This document shows positions 10,201 through 23,300 of a stretch of 64,000 nt of DNA, piece after piece. Location: the NCBI GenBank assembly GCA_963823665.1, contig CAWGMQ010000010.1, positions 1,376,001 through 1,440,000 on the forward strand. Direction: 5' to 3'. The position numbers and the translations under genes are program-made. The DNA comes from an uncultured Planctomycetota bacterium. Lineage in GTDB: Bacteria > Planctomycetota > Planctomycetia > Isosphaerales > Isosphaeraceae. The first letter of the stretch is position 1; the number at the start of each line of letters is the position of its first letter. The notes under the pieces are model-generated. The model was not told the DNA's origin. It saw only the letters and a list, made by a program, of their open reading frames with translations, and did not search any database.

Positions 10201-13200
10201 ACGGCTCGAGCAAGAGGCCGTTGTGAGTCAGCGCCGATTCGGCCCAAGGTCCGTCGAACGCCTCGACTGAGAATTCAAACGTGCCCGTCAGCGGATAGTC
10301 GAAAAGGAGGAAATCGACGTCCGAGCCGGCCAGATGTGCGACCACTGAGTCCTGGGCCGTCCAGTAGTTCGGCGACCATCCGCCAGTCGTCTGGTAGCCG
10401 AAGCCGGCATTGGCCGGGTGCCACCACGCGAGGTTGGTGGATTCGAGCACGTTGGGGGCGCCTTGCCCGCGAGCCAGCGCCTCCGCTAGCTCGGCCCTCA
10501 CTCGCGCCAGGCCCGGGCGGCTGCTCGCCTTCTTGGCACGTCCAACCAGCGCTTCCGCCAGCCGCCGACCGGAATGGACCACGGCCTCGTGTTGATCGGA
10601 TAGAGCAGCGCACGCGAGCTGAAAGTCGGTCTCGGAAAATAAGAGCGGCTCGTTCGCGGCGGCCGACACTGCGCGTTTCCCCACTGCGACGGTTCGCGTG
10701 CGGACCTGGGTCTCCGCAGGCTGCGTCTGGTTGTTCCCGTGCTCGATCTCGGCCGCGCGGCTTTCGATCTCGGGAATCACCCCGTCACCCGCGCCGCGCC
10801 AGCTCGACCAGAAGATGAAGCGTCTGGGCGTTCTCGACCTTCTTGTCGGTCTTGAGCAGTGCGACCGCGCGGGCTTCTGCCGCAAGCTGTTCCAGCGTGC
10901 CCGCGCCTCGCGCCGCCTCGATGAGCGCCCGCGCCGTGCTCGCACCGCGTCCGTGCGGCGATGCGGGCCCGCCTTCCTTGCCGGCCCCGGAGCCGTTCGG
11001 CGCGGACGAGCCTGCCGCCGCTCGCCAGAAGATCGAGGGCACGCTCACCCTGCCGCCCGGCGATGTCAGAATCCGCACCGCCTGCCGGTCTTTCTCGGGC
11101 ATCGTCCAGGCATGCAGCGTCTTGTACTGGTCCTGCACCGGACTGGAAGAGATCCGCGCGAGCACCCGCACGAGCGTGCTGTCGACCGGCGGATCACCCC
11201 CCGAGTACGACGGCGTGTCCAGGAACCGGCCGAGCGTTGCCATCGCGTCGGCCCACAGCCCCGCGCGGGCATACTCGCCCGCGACCCGCTCGAGCTGCTG
11301 CTTCCGGACGTACATGACGTAGTCGCCGGCGTACCGCACGCTGCTCTTCTCCGCCGATTCCAGGTACGCCTCGAGCTGCTTCCGGCCCGCCGAGTTTTCC
11401 CCAAGCTGGAACTGCCGCCGCGCCACGATCAACAAGAGCGATGCCAGCGGCTCCGGCCCTCCCGAGGTTCTCGAGCCCTTTGGTGCAGGAGTCCAGCAAG
11501 GCGAGCGCCGCCTTCGCCACTTCCGGCGCACGATGCTCGAGCGCCGGGATCGCCGCATGACAAGCCAGCTCCGAAGTCGTTCGCGACGTGTCATTCTTCA
11601 TTCGCACAGCGATCGCCCCGAGCGCCTCGATCGAGCCCGCGCGATCATCGGCCGCGATCGCAAGCTGGGCCGCCAGGATCAGGCCCGGAAGTGCCGCCAT
11701 CACGTGTCCCTGCCGTGCAGCGATCGCACCCTTCAGGTCCTGCGACTTCCCCGCACGCACAGCCCACTCCGCCAGCAGCTTGCCTACACTCTGCGGGCTC
11801 TTGAGCGCCGCGCCGCCCAGCGGCGTCGTGTAGAGGAACAGCTCCGTCGGCCGCTCCGGCGGCATCACCACGTCGCGCAGCGCTTCGTATACGGCTGCCG
11901 GCGCGACCTTGTGCTTCTGCCAGATCGGGTCGAGCTTCATGAGATTGGCGACGACTCGCGGCGCAGCCGGATCGTTCGCGCCCTCGTCGATCATCCCTCG
12001 CTGCACCCGCATCATCCGTGCCTGGTCATTGTTCACCGGCACGACCGGCGGCCCGGCGCGCAATGAGTCGTGCACGGCTTTCAGGCAAAGCTCCGGCAGG
12101 TCGTGCTCTGCCGCCAGCCGCGCGATCTGCATGGCCTGCTCGAACCGATCGAGCGTGAGGATCGACAAGCCCGATCGAGCCCCGGCTGCAGTGCCACGCC
12201 TGGCGGCGGCAGCCTTGCCAGCGGCGCCTGGCCGCTGTCCCGCGGCTTTGCCAGGCTGGGTCACTTGAACGTTCCCCTTCCCCTTCGCCGGTGCCTGATT
12301 CTGATACGAGACCAGTTTGACCAGCGGCCCTCGCCGGGCCGGCTCACCCGCGTCGGCTCGCGGCGGCGCCGCCTTCGTCGCCGGCGCCGGCGCACCTGCT
12401 GCGCACCCGCGCGGGCCGGAACCGGCCCGGCCTTCTTCGCCTTGTTCTGCGGCGGATTGACGACGATGTCCAGCATGCGGCCCCAGGCGGCGAGTGCCCC
12501 CGTGCGATCGCCCTTCTCGAGCGCCCGTTCACCCTGCTCGCGAATCATCGCCAGGTAAAACGTGTTGTCGGTCTGCCGCCGCGCCGCCTCGAGCGCGGGG
12601 TGCCAACCGCTCCGCGAGCCTGGCTGTATCCGGGTCGTCCTTCAGGCTCCAGCAGGCCCGCGCCACCAGCCAGAGCGGAATCTGCCGCGCCGCCAGCGCC
12701 CTCTGCCGCGCATCGCGCGCTCGCCGGCCCCGAGCGCCTCGAGCGGCGTCTTCTCGACGAGCCCCAAAAGCCGCGCAACCGCCGGCGCCTTCCGCGCCGG
12801 ATCATTTCCCGCCATCGCCCGCAGGGCCTCGCAGATCGCCAGCCCGAGGTCGTCGGGATGCTTCTTCCGCGCTTCCTCGAGCGCGGCTGCGAGCTGATCG
12901 TCACCCTTCTCGCCAGCACGCTGCTTCGCTGGCGCGGCGGTCACCGCCTCGGCAAAGAGGCTGCGCACCCGGGCCTTCGCAAGGTCGCGCGGGTGCGCAA
13001 GCACCATCATGTCCAGGAACGGCTCGTCTTTTTTCGGTTTGCTCGAGCCCGCGAAGGCACCGCTCTCCGGCGGCTTCGCAGGCTTCGTCGCTCCACCGGC
13101 ACCCGCCGGGCTCTCTTCAGACTTGATCAGGCGCGAAAGCCCCGCGGCCAGCTCGTCCGGAGTCACGGCGTCGAGCGCCCGCGTGAGCCCCACGTTGAAA

Positions 13201-16200
13201 AAGCCCACCGAGCCGTCGCCGCTGACGAAATACCGCGGTGAGTCGGGCGCCAGCTCGGCCGAGAGCCCGATCGCCTGGTTGTACAGGAGCACCGCGTCGG
13301 CCGCGAACCCCAGCTCGAGCAGCTTGTCGGCGGCGCTCGCCAGCCCCTGAATCTTCATCTGTTTCAGGTAGTCGACGGGATAGCCGATATTCTGGCTCAT
13401 CGACTCGTCGGTCTTTGAGAATTTGAGGAGCAGCCGCCTGATGTCTTCGCGGCGATGGTCTCGGTCGTAGAGACTGATCAGCTTGGCGGCCGGTCCATTG
13501 ATCTGGAGACGGCTGTACGGGTCGTCGTCGGGGCGATGGAGCGCCGCTTCATAGACCGTGTAAGCCAGGTTCTCGGGTTGCGGCATGGTTTTCCAGCTCC
13601 TCGCCGACGATCCAGTACACGTTCGTAAACATGTTCGCATCCGGCTTCTTTTCGAGCAGCGGCTGCAAGCCCTTCCGGGCTTGATCAAACCGGCCCAGCC
13701 GGCAGTCCAGCATGGCCAGGAGCACCTCGCCCGCCGTCCAATCGGGCATCGCCTTGCGAGCTTTCTCGATCTGGCCCTTGAGCTGCTCGAGCTGGCCGTG
13801 GCCCGCCGCGTTGTCCAGGACCATCGAGGCGATCGAGGTCGTGCGGCCGTCTCCACTGTATGAGAGAATGTTGAACATCTCGTACCACTGATTGAGCGGC
13901 TGAAACGATGCTGGGTTCGGAATCACCGCCTCCAGCAGATATCCCTCCATTTCGGGCATCTGCCAGAGATCAAGCTGCGGCATGAGCCGCAAAAGCTGCG
14001 ACCGCTCATCCGGGAACGCGTCCCATGCCTTCTTCATGAAGCTCGCCGCCCGGCTCCTGAAGGCCTTGTCATTTGACATGTTGGAAATCATGTTGAATAC
14101 ATAGGCAGACTGTCCGAACTGGCGGAAATCCATCTGGTCGAGCAGCTTCAGGAGCTCTTCGCTCTTGCCGGCCTGCTGAAACGCGTTCTGGACCTGGAAG
14201 AAGAAGCGAGTGAGCACGACGGGGTCTTTCTGGAGCAGCACCTTGTAGTGCTCGATGGCCGCCGCAGCCTGGTTCTGCTGCATGAGCTGCTGCGCCACCT
14301 GGATCCGCAGGTTGGAATCATCCGGCCGTAGCGCGATCACACTGGCAAGCTCGGCCGTCGCTTTCTCGCGCTGGCCCGAGGCCTGATAGTAGTCCGCCAG
14401 CGTCTGGTGCAGCCCGATCGACCTCGGCGTCTTCTTGAGCTGCTCCGTCGTGCGCTCGATGAGCTGGGCGAGCCGACCGGAGTGCGCCAGCATGTTGATG
14501 GCGGCGTTGCGGTTGGGGTCCACGGCGCCCGTCGCCCGGACGTTGACGGCACTCCCCGCGCGCACGGCCGAAGTCGACCGCAGGATCTGCATCGCCACTT
14601 GCACGGCAACGTCGAGCTGACCCTGCCGCTGGTATTGCAGCATCATGCCCGCCAGAGCGCTCGCCTGGTTGCCGGCGCGGCGGCGTGCGCGCCCGAGCAC
14701 GGCCTCGGCCAGCTCGTGCAGGCCGAGCTGGTGCATCTGCCCGGCGAGCCGAACCTGCGTGTCGGTGTCCAGCCGCAGTCCGAACAGCCGCTCTGCCGCC
14801 TGCCGCGCACGCTCGAGATCGCCGGAGAGCACCGCCAGCCTGAGTGCGATCTCCTCGCGCCGCTTCATCCGCGTGTTGTCGAGCGGCTGCACCGATTCAG
14901 TGGTCTGAAGCGCCGCTGCCCGGTCCCCCTGTTGCTCAAGCAGCTCCGCCAGGTCCAGCCGCAAGTCCGACTCCGGCTTGGATGTCTCGGCAACCTTGGT
15001 GATCTCGGCGGTCGCATCTTCCTTGTCATCATCCCACCACAACACGCTCGCCAGCGCCATCCTCGGGTAACTCGCATCGACCGCGGTCTTGGCCTCGGCC
15101 ACCTGCCGGCGAAAGTGACTCACCACGTCGCTCGTCAAGTCGTCGCGCTTGAACAGGTCGAACGCGCTGCGAAGCACCTGGATCGCCGAGGCGTCGAGGT
15201 ACTCATTCGGCGACGGGAAGCCGACCTGCGCCTGACGAATCAGCGCGCCGCTGGAGGTCTGCATCATAGCCGAGCCGACAGTGCCGCCACCTCGCGCCGA
15301 AGCGCTGCCCGGCGTCTGCCGCTCCAGCCGCTTTCTCGCGGCGGTGAGCTCATGATCGAGGATCTTCAGCACGTCATCATGGGCCTTGGCGTCGGCTCGG
15401 ACGGTCATGCATTGGGCGACCGCCGCCGCCGACCCGGCGAAATAGAACGATCCAGTGTAATAGTACTGGCCGCCGCGACTGCTTTGCAGCCGCTCGTAAC
15501 GGTCGCAGAGCAAGAGCAGGCTCTCGACGTCCCCCTTCTCGGCCGCCAGGCCGAAAACGCCCGCGATCTGCCCGATCTTGGTTGCGCCCGCGATCGATTC
15601 CCGATAGAGCTTCGCTTCCTCGTCAGTTCGCTTGGCTCGCTTCAGCTCGGTGAACACGATCTGGAGAATCTGGGTCTCCGCCAGCTCCGGCCGGCGGGCT
15701 CGCAGCGCGCGGTAGCACACGAGCGCATGGTCCAGCTCGGCCGCGGGCAAGGGCGGAGTCGTGTCCTTGACCTGGTTGCCACTTCCACTTCCAAGGCCGG
15801 TAACGATGCGCTGTCCAGCGGTGCGCTCACGCCCGCCCAGAGAATACAAGTACGCCCACAGCGCCAGCGGATCGTTGGGCGCACCCTGGCTCAGCCGCTT
15901 GCCGGCGGCGACGATCCCGGCATTGTCGTAGCGCAGCAGGCTCAGGTAAAACCAGTCCCACAGCGCCCGCGGGTCGGCAGGGCTCTTTTCCCCGGCCTTG
16001 CGAAACCTCGCGATCACCTCCTCGCCCCGCGCCTTGCCCTTCTTCTCGGCGAGCGCCACCAGCCAGGCCAGGCTGGCCATTCGCGCCTGGCCGAAGTCAC
16101 TCGGTGCCCACACCGTCGGCAGCGCCCGGCTCGACAGCACAAGGCGGTTGTCCAGGTTCGTCGCCCGTCGGATCTGAAGCACCTGGGCCAGCCGCTGTTC

Positions 16201-19200
16201 GATCGGATGCCCGGTCGTTTGTCGCATCGCGCTCGGCAACGTGCTCGCGGCGTTCAGCTTGGGGTCCTTGCTCCGCGCCCTGCTCATGGCACTCAGCTCG
16301 TCGTCCGGATTTCCCAGCTCCAAGATCGCCCCGAAACGCTCGGCGGCCAGGTCAGGCTTACCGGCGTCGACGAGTGAGATGCCCAGGCGATAGATCGACT
16401 CCCAGTCGTGTGAGTCTTTCCGCACGAGCGCATCGGCAATCTCGGTCACCGGCCCCGCCTTCTTCTGCGAGAGCAGGTTGTCCATTGCCGAGAAGATCCG
16501 GTGGCGGTCGCTTTTGCCGGAGGCCATCTTCGACCACACGTCCTCCGCCTCCTCCAGCTCGCCGCTACGGGCATAGAGCTGCGCCAGCCTTGACGCGCCG
16601 TCATCAGAAGGCGCCAGATCGTTCTGTTGCTTCTGATACCGCGCCGCCGTTTCCAGGTCGCCCTCCTCCTCGGCCAGCTTGGAAAGCTGCTGCAAGAGCC
16701 GAGTGTCGCGGGTATCCGTCGCCAGCAGCCGCTCCAGCTCGGCTCGCGCACTGCCGAGATCGCCTGAGGATGCATAGGCCTGTGCCATGCAGATCGCCAC
16801 GTCCCGGCTCTTGGTTTGCCCAGCACCCGGCGCCGCCGCCTCGCGCTCCTGATGCTGCAGCCGCGTGAATAGCCGGTCGAGCTGATTGCGCTGGAGGTAA
16901 AGCTCGGTGAGCTTGCTCACCGTGCCGATCTTGCCGTCGAGGTCCTCCGACTTGTCAAACGCCCGCCAGTACATCTCGATCGCTTCATCCGTGCGATACT
17001 GCTCGGCCAGGGTGCCCGCCAGGGAGAGCGCGATCTTGGTGTCATTCGGGTCGAGCCGCACAGCCCTGCGCAACGCGTCGAGCCCTTCGTCCGGTCTGCC
17101 CAGCCCGAAGCAAAGCTGGGCAAAGAACTCGTAGCTTTCCGGGTTCCCCGGCGCCGCCGCCAGCAAGTCCCGCCCCGCCTTGAGCGCCGGCTCAACCCGC
17201 CCCAGCCGCGCCTCGAGCCGTGCCACACCCGTCAAATGCTCGATCCGATTGCGGCGATCAATCTCCGCCAGCCGCAAGAGCGCCGCCGCTGCATCACCCA
17301 GGCTCCCCGCCGACTCGCGCAACCGGGCTGCCAGCGTCCACGCGGGAACCGACCGCGGGTCAATCTCGAGCGCCTTGTCAGCCGCCCGCACCGCCTCCGG
17401 CAGCTTGGCATCGGCCTCCAGATAACGCGCGAGCACAATCCAGGTCGGAGCCGACGGTTGCTTTGCGGCGGTCAGCTCGCGTTGCATGGCCTCGACTCGC
17501 TGGGCCACGCGATTGGCAGCCTGGTCGTTCTTGACGCGAGCGTCCAGAACTGCGTCCTTTTCTTCATCCTTCTCGGCAAGCTTCGCCGCGGCCGCAAGCT
17601 GAGTCTCGGCATCGTCATACTTTTCGAGGCGATGGTTGAGGCTCGCCAGCTTGAGCCGCAGATCAAAGCTGTCCGGCTCGAGCCCGACAGCTTCCGCAAG
17701 CGGAGGCAGGGCCTCCTTCAAGTATCCGAACCCGGCGAGCACCTCGGAGAGCCTGGCCAGTGTCCTGGAGCCCCGATTGGCTCCCTCAGCGATCTTGGCC
17801 CATTCGGCCTTGGCTTCATCGGAACGCTTGAGGTTATGCAGGTATTCGCCAATGTATTCTCGGTACTGGGGGTTGCTCGGGGCGAGAAGGGCGGCCTTGC
17901 GATAGAGCGCGAGTGCATCGTCGGTCATCTCCGCCTGCCGGAGCAGGTCCGCGACCTGCGCGGCGGTGACGGCATCATTCGGCTTGGCGTCGAGCATCTT
18001 GCGCCAGATGGCGGCGGCAGCCGCCTTCTTCTCGGGCCCGGCCTTGGTGGTGTCGCGCAGAACGAGGGCACCCCAGTCTCGGAGCGTGTCGGGGTTATTG
18101 GGCTCGGCTTGATCCAGGGCTTCGTACTCCCTGGCCGCCTCGGCGAACTTCTGGTCGTGGACGAGCTGCGAGATCAGGGCGAGTCGGAGATCGCGTCTCG
18201 AAGGAGCAAGCTTGACGGCCTTGTCAAACCAGACGTGCGCCTCGGCCGCCCGTCCCATGCCGGCGAGAGTGCGGCCCAGCCGGACCAAGGCTTCGACATC
18301 ATCCGTTTCGCGTTTGGTCCATTGCTCGTAGTAGTTGACGAGGCCCGCCTGATCATCGTTTCGAAGAAAGACCTCTTCGATCTTGCGCCGGACTTCACGA
18401 TGGAGCCAGCTATCAGGCCGGAGCTTGCCCAGCATGGTCTCGAAGTCGTGAAGCGCCTCCTGGGATTTTCCCAGCCGGACTTTCAGATCGGCGGCCGAGA
18501 TGGCAAGCTGAACCTGGCGGAAAGGATCGGTGGCCTTCTTTGAAAGAGCCTCAAACCGAGGCAGCGCGGCGGCGGGTTGATTTTCCTCGCCGAGCGTCTG
18601 CGCGATCTGTTCCTGGACGCGAGTATCGCCGGGAAAGAGTGCCTCAAGCCGAGCCCAGACCTGGAGGGCCTGGTCGTTCTTCTGGGTGCGCTGGTAAACG
18701 CGGCCCAGAGCTTGAAAGATATCCAGCAAATCGGTGCGAGCGGGCTTGCGAGCGAGAGCGCGCTCAAAGGCTTCGGCGGCATTCTCGGGCTGGCCGATCA
18801 GGACGAGTGCCTGCCCAAGATAATAAGAGGGTAGGGGGTCATCGACCCGGTGGGTTTCGGCCTGCTTGAGCGCCGTCACGGCGGCGGCGTCCTGTCCGCG
18901 CTGAAACTCGAGCAGCCCGAGGATCAGCCAGGCAGCGCCGTCGTCGGGTTTCTTGTCGAGCCGATCGCGATACGACTTGATGAATTCATCAAGCGATCCG
19001 CGCTCGACATGATATCCGTACACGCGGTCCAGCGGCGTGCCGCGCCGCGGGTTCTTTTCGAGCAGCGAGAGGAACCGCTCCATCGACCGCCGCTCGCGAG
19101 TTTCGCTTGCGTCGGCTTCATCGACCGGCACGGCGGCCGGGGCGGGGCGAGGTTGCTGCTTTGGTTGTGAGTTGCCGCTGCCCTGAGCGCCTGCGGCAGA

Positions 19201-19269
19201 GGCGAGCACGGTTGCATAAAGGAAGATGGTCGCGATCAAGTGACGTAGCGTCCTGAAGTTTAGCAACAT
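7256..19269 (-). CDS. Giant secreted TPR protein with C-terminal DUF1583-like beta domains (about 4000 aa), split by about 8 frameshifts
   Basis: Signal peptide (..VLASAAGA|Q); 1906 aa TPR-rich ORF continues through successive frames, with shifts near 13575, 12712, 12597, 12400, 11462, 10795, 8440 and 7903. The junctions at 13575, 12712 and 12597 are supported by alignment to the paralog at 20383-27240 (e.g. QIPLWLVAR, ALEAARRQ); the others rest on protein-like continuity across frames. The C-terminus has the repeated motif YEF.....MVHPALDRL.FL.EP.GV..H..T. Confidence 0.8.
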
Positions 19270-19335
19270 AAATTCATCCTCATGCGACGGGGTGCTCTCG
19301 CCGACATTCGGTGCTGCGCCCTGCTCTCCGGTTGG

Positions 19336-19354
19336 CCCTCACCCCAGCCCTCCC
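19336..19354 (+). repeat. Degenerate CCCTCACCCCAGCCCTCCC REP-like half element
   Basis: Resembles the widespread CCCTCACCCCxxCCCTCTCCC intergenic repeat; single copy here. Confidence 0.35.
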
Positions 19355-19735
19355 GCGTGCGCACAACTGCTCTTCAAACTGCGACGATTGTCAAGGATGC
19401 CAGCGCGCAAGATATCGGCTCTGAATTGCTTCGTCAAACAAAATGGCGTTCGCGGCACACGGTGAAAGCTCCTGCCGCCCGGCACGCGAATGTGCGCGCG
19501 TCTTTGAGATTAACCGCGCCTAGGGCCGACACCCCTGTCGGCCGGGCGTCGAAACGTGCCACGATCCGTTTTACATCGAGGAATTCGATGCGACGATTCA
19601 ACGGTCACTCACAGTCCGCGCTGCGTCCAGATGCTCAATCACAGTTTGCCGGTCTGCAGGCTCGGCGTACTTGGCTGTTAAGACCGTTCCGCGCACACTA
19701 AGATGGTATGAACGGTGGTTGGATGGAATGAAAGC

Positions 19736-20020
19736 ATGGAGCTTCGCTTTTGGATCGACGCTGAAACGTCTCTGCCGCACATCTTCAATCATGGCGTCAG
19801 CGAGGAAGAAGTGCGGCACGTCCTGAGTCGGAGGGGAGAAGAATTCCCTGGCCGTGATCATTCGCGGATACGGCTGGGTCAGACGGCCGCGGGTCGGTAT
19901 CTTCAAGTTGTTTACGTGATGGATGTTTCTGGCGACGGGGCATTTGTCATCACAGCCTTCGACCTGACGCCAAAGGCGAAGCAAGCATTTCGAAAGCGCC
20001 AACGGAGGAAGCGGAAATGA
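19736..20020 (+). CDS. BrnT/DUF4258-like toxin of a type II TA pair
   Basis: HIFNHGVSEEEVRHVL...LGQTAAGRYLQVVY...FVITAFDLT; ATGA overlap with the next gene. Confidence 0.7.
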   Translation: MELRFWIDAETSLPHIFNHGVSEEEVRHVLSRRGEEFPGRDHSRIRLGQTAAGRYLQVVYVMDVSGDGAFVITAFDLTPKAKQAFRKRQRRKRK

Positions 20021-20226
20021 CCAAGAAGAACAAACAGTTGTATCCCGACGGTTGGAGTGAAGAGCGAATCCGCAAGGTCGCCAAGCATTACGACGATCAG
20101 ACCGAAGCCGAACAGGTAGCCGAACACGAAGCGGCCTTTCGCGCCGAAGGCCAGACGGTCATGGTCGTGCCCACGGAGCTCGTACCAGAGATCGTCAAGC
20201 TCATTGGCAAGAAACGCCCGGCGTAG
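20017..20226 (+). CDS. Putative cognate antitoxin
   Basis: 69 aa, translationally coupled; YPDGWSEERIRKVAKHYDDQTEAEQVAEHEAA...MVVPTELVPEI. Confidence 0.65.
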   Translation: MTKKNKQLYPDGWSEERIRKVAKHYDDQTEAEQVAEHEAAFRAEGQTVMVVPTELVPEIVKLIGKKRPA

Positions 20227-20382
20227 GACTTGCGCTCCGGGCCCTCTCGAACGGCCCTTTGCCCGACAATCGGCAGGCTGACTCCGTCCACGTACTTCCT
20301 CCTCGCGCCGCGATCTTCTGCCAGGCCGGCTGAGCCTGATCCTGTCTCCGCTGGAACTGCTTCAACGACTCGCGCAATCCCG

Positions 20383-23300
20383 TCATGGCCCGTTCGGCTC
20401 AGCCGCCCCCGCTCTTCCCGGCACAGCTCCCGCGGCCCGATTTCCGCCGGCCGCCCGCCGCGGCTTGGCCTCTGGCGGCGTGACGACCAGCTCCAGCATC
20501 CGTGACCACACCCGCGTCGCCTCGGTCCGATCATTCCGGTCAAACGCCGCCTGCCCCTGTTCCCGCAGCATCGCCAGCAGCCACACGCGATCGTCCTGCC
20601 GGCGAGCGGCTTCGAGCGCCCGCGCCGCGAGCCGGTCGCCGACCGCACGCACGGACGACGGATTCGCCTGCCGGCGGCATTCGCGGGCGACCAGCCAGAG
20701 CGGGATCTGCCCCAGGGCTGCTGCCCGCTCGCGAGCGTTCGCCCTGGCACCGCCAGCCAGCGGCTCTAGCGGCGTCTTCTCGACAAGCGCGGCGAGCTGC
20801 TCGAGCGCTGCATGAATACGGGCATCGTCGTGCGATGCCAGGGCCTGGAGCGCAAGACAGATTGCGACCGACAGATCGTCGGCGTGCGCCTGTCGCAGCG
20901 CTTCGAGCGGTTGCACGAGCCCCGCGAGCTCGGTGGCGCTGCATGCGAGCAGCGAATCGGCGACCAGGCTGCGCACCGACGCCTGGTCGAGGCCGCGGGG
21001 ATGCACGATCGTCATCAGATCGATGGCCTGGCCACCCCGCCCGCCCGCCGGTCCCATCGCCGCGGCCCCTGGCTTCGCCGTCGCTTTCGCTTGCGCCGCC
21101 GCGGTAATTGCCCGCGGTGCCAGCGCGCTTAGCTCGGATTCGCTCATCCCGGCAATCGCGGCGTTCAACCGCTCGCCGATCTGGCGCGGAACGGCGGTCA
21201 TGCCGGGGAACATCGACGACAAGAGCGAAGGATCCACTCGCTCGCCCAGACTCTCGCCCTCGCGCAGAATGAGCACGGCGTCGGCTGCGAACCCCAGCTC
21301 AACCAGCGACGCCCCGATCGCATTCAGGCCCACCAAATGAATCACCCGAGCGGTCTCCTCGGCGTACCCTTGCGGGTTCCACGAGCCGCGGGCAAACGCG
21401 AGCAATGTGTGGCGGGCTTCCTCTGCGCGGCCCGCGCGCATCGCCAGTTGCACGAGATCATGGACGGGAATGTGGTCGGTCGCGTTCAGGAACCGAAATT
21501 GAACGAATGCGTGCGGATCATCGCAACATGCCTCGTAGGCCGCCAGAGCGACGTCCCGTGTGGCGGCATATTTCTCGAGCTCCCGGCCAAGCATCCAGTA
21601 GACGAACACCCTGTAGACGCCGATTTCGTCAACGGCCTCGTCTTGCTTCAGCAATTCGATTGCTCGCGGCACGACGGCGCGTGCTTCATCGAACCGGCCG
21701 GCGCGGCAGAAGACCATCGCTTGCAGCGGGCCGGCTGCCAGCCACTGCGGCGAGCGCTTCGCGGCGACGTTGATCCGTTCGAGCAGGGCCTCGAGCGATC
21801 CGCGCTCCTCCGCCAGATCCAGAAGCCGCAGCACCGCCGGCGTGGGCTCGTTCTTCACGGCGGTGGGAGCGTTCAATCCCAGCGGGATTTGCCAGGCGTA
21901 GGCGAGGTACATGGCGATCGAAGACCGGGCCGAACCGGGCAAGATCCCGTCGCACGCATACTCAAACATTTCGGGCAACCGCCAGATGTCGTCGCGCGCC
22001 ATGCGCCCGGCAAGAATCGGGTGCTGGCCCGGGAAGGCAGCCCACGCCCTGCGATAGAGCCGCTTGACTCCCTCGCTCGTCTTCGGGTCAGGCGGTGCGA
22101 TTTCGATGAGGCGGACGATGTAGGAGCTGGGCACGTCCGCGAGCGCCTTGACGTCGACCCCGTTGAGCAGCTCGATCAGCTCGCCGGCCTTGCCCGCTCG
22201 CTCGAACAGCGTCGTCATCTCGTACATTGAGTTCGCTGCGAGATACGGGTCCTTCTCGAACACCCCCTGGTAATAGCGCAGGCCCGCAGAGGATTCGCCG
22301 CTCTCGACGAGTTGAAGGGCCAGCCGGAGCCGGAGCTCGTTGTCTTCCGGCCGCAGCTCCGCGACCCGCGCCATCTCGATTCGAGCGCGGTCGCTCTGGC
22401 GAGCGGCGGTGTAGTAATCGGCGAGCGTGTGGTGAAGTGCGACCGAGTTCGGCGTCTTCTTGAGCTGCTCGCGAGTGCGCTCGATCAGCTCCGGAAGTAG
22501 GCCCGACGCCGCAAGCACGCGCATCGCCGCCGGTCGCGCCGTTTCCGCATCGAGGGAGGATTGCGACGCAGCCGCAAGCGAGCTGCGGGTACCGCGCAGG
22601 ACCTGCATCGCGATCTGCGCGGCCGCTTCGAGCTTGCCCTGTCGTCCGTACTGCGTCATCAGCTCGACCAGCGCGCCGCTCTGTCCCCCGGCGCGGCGGC
22701 GGGCGCGGCCGAGCAAGGCTTCGGCCAGGTCGTGCAATCCAAGCTGATGCATCTGGCCCGAGAGCCGGATCTGCGTCTCGGTGTCGAGCCGCAGGCCGAA
22801 GAGCCGCTCGGCCGCTCGCCGCGCTCGCTCAGCATTTCCGGTCGCGATCGCCGCCGTGATCGCCAGCTCCTCACGGCGTTTCAGGCTCATGTTGTCCAGC
22901 GGTTGGACCGCGTCCAGAATCTCGATCGCATCCGCCGGCAATGCCTGTTGCATCAACAAGTCCGCCAGGTCGAACCGCAGATCCGACTCGGGCCGCCCCG
23001 CGTTGACGACTTTCGTCAGCTCGGCGATGGCCTCGTCCTTCTGGTCGGTCCACCACAGGATCGCTGAAAGCGAAAGCCGCGGGTAGATCGCCTCGGCCGG
23101 GGTCGCTGCACGGTCGGTCTGGCCCCGGAAGTGGCTCATCAGGTCGCTCATCAGGTCGTCGCGCTTGTAGATCTCGAAAGCCGTGCGAAGCACGTAGAGC
23201 ACCGTCAAGTCGAAAAACTCGTTGACTTGCGGATACGTCATCCGCGCCGACACTTGCCGGGATCCGAGCGGGATCCGGAGGGTGGGTACATACCCCGGCG

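Noticed and set aside
7900..13600. Programmed frameshifting or phase variation in the giant TPR gene
   Set aside because: The breaks are numerous and lack slippery heptamers or long simple repeats; sequencing error or decay is simpler
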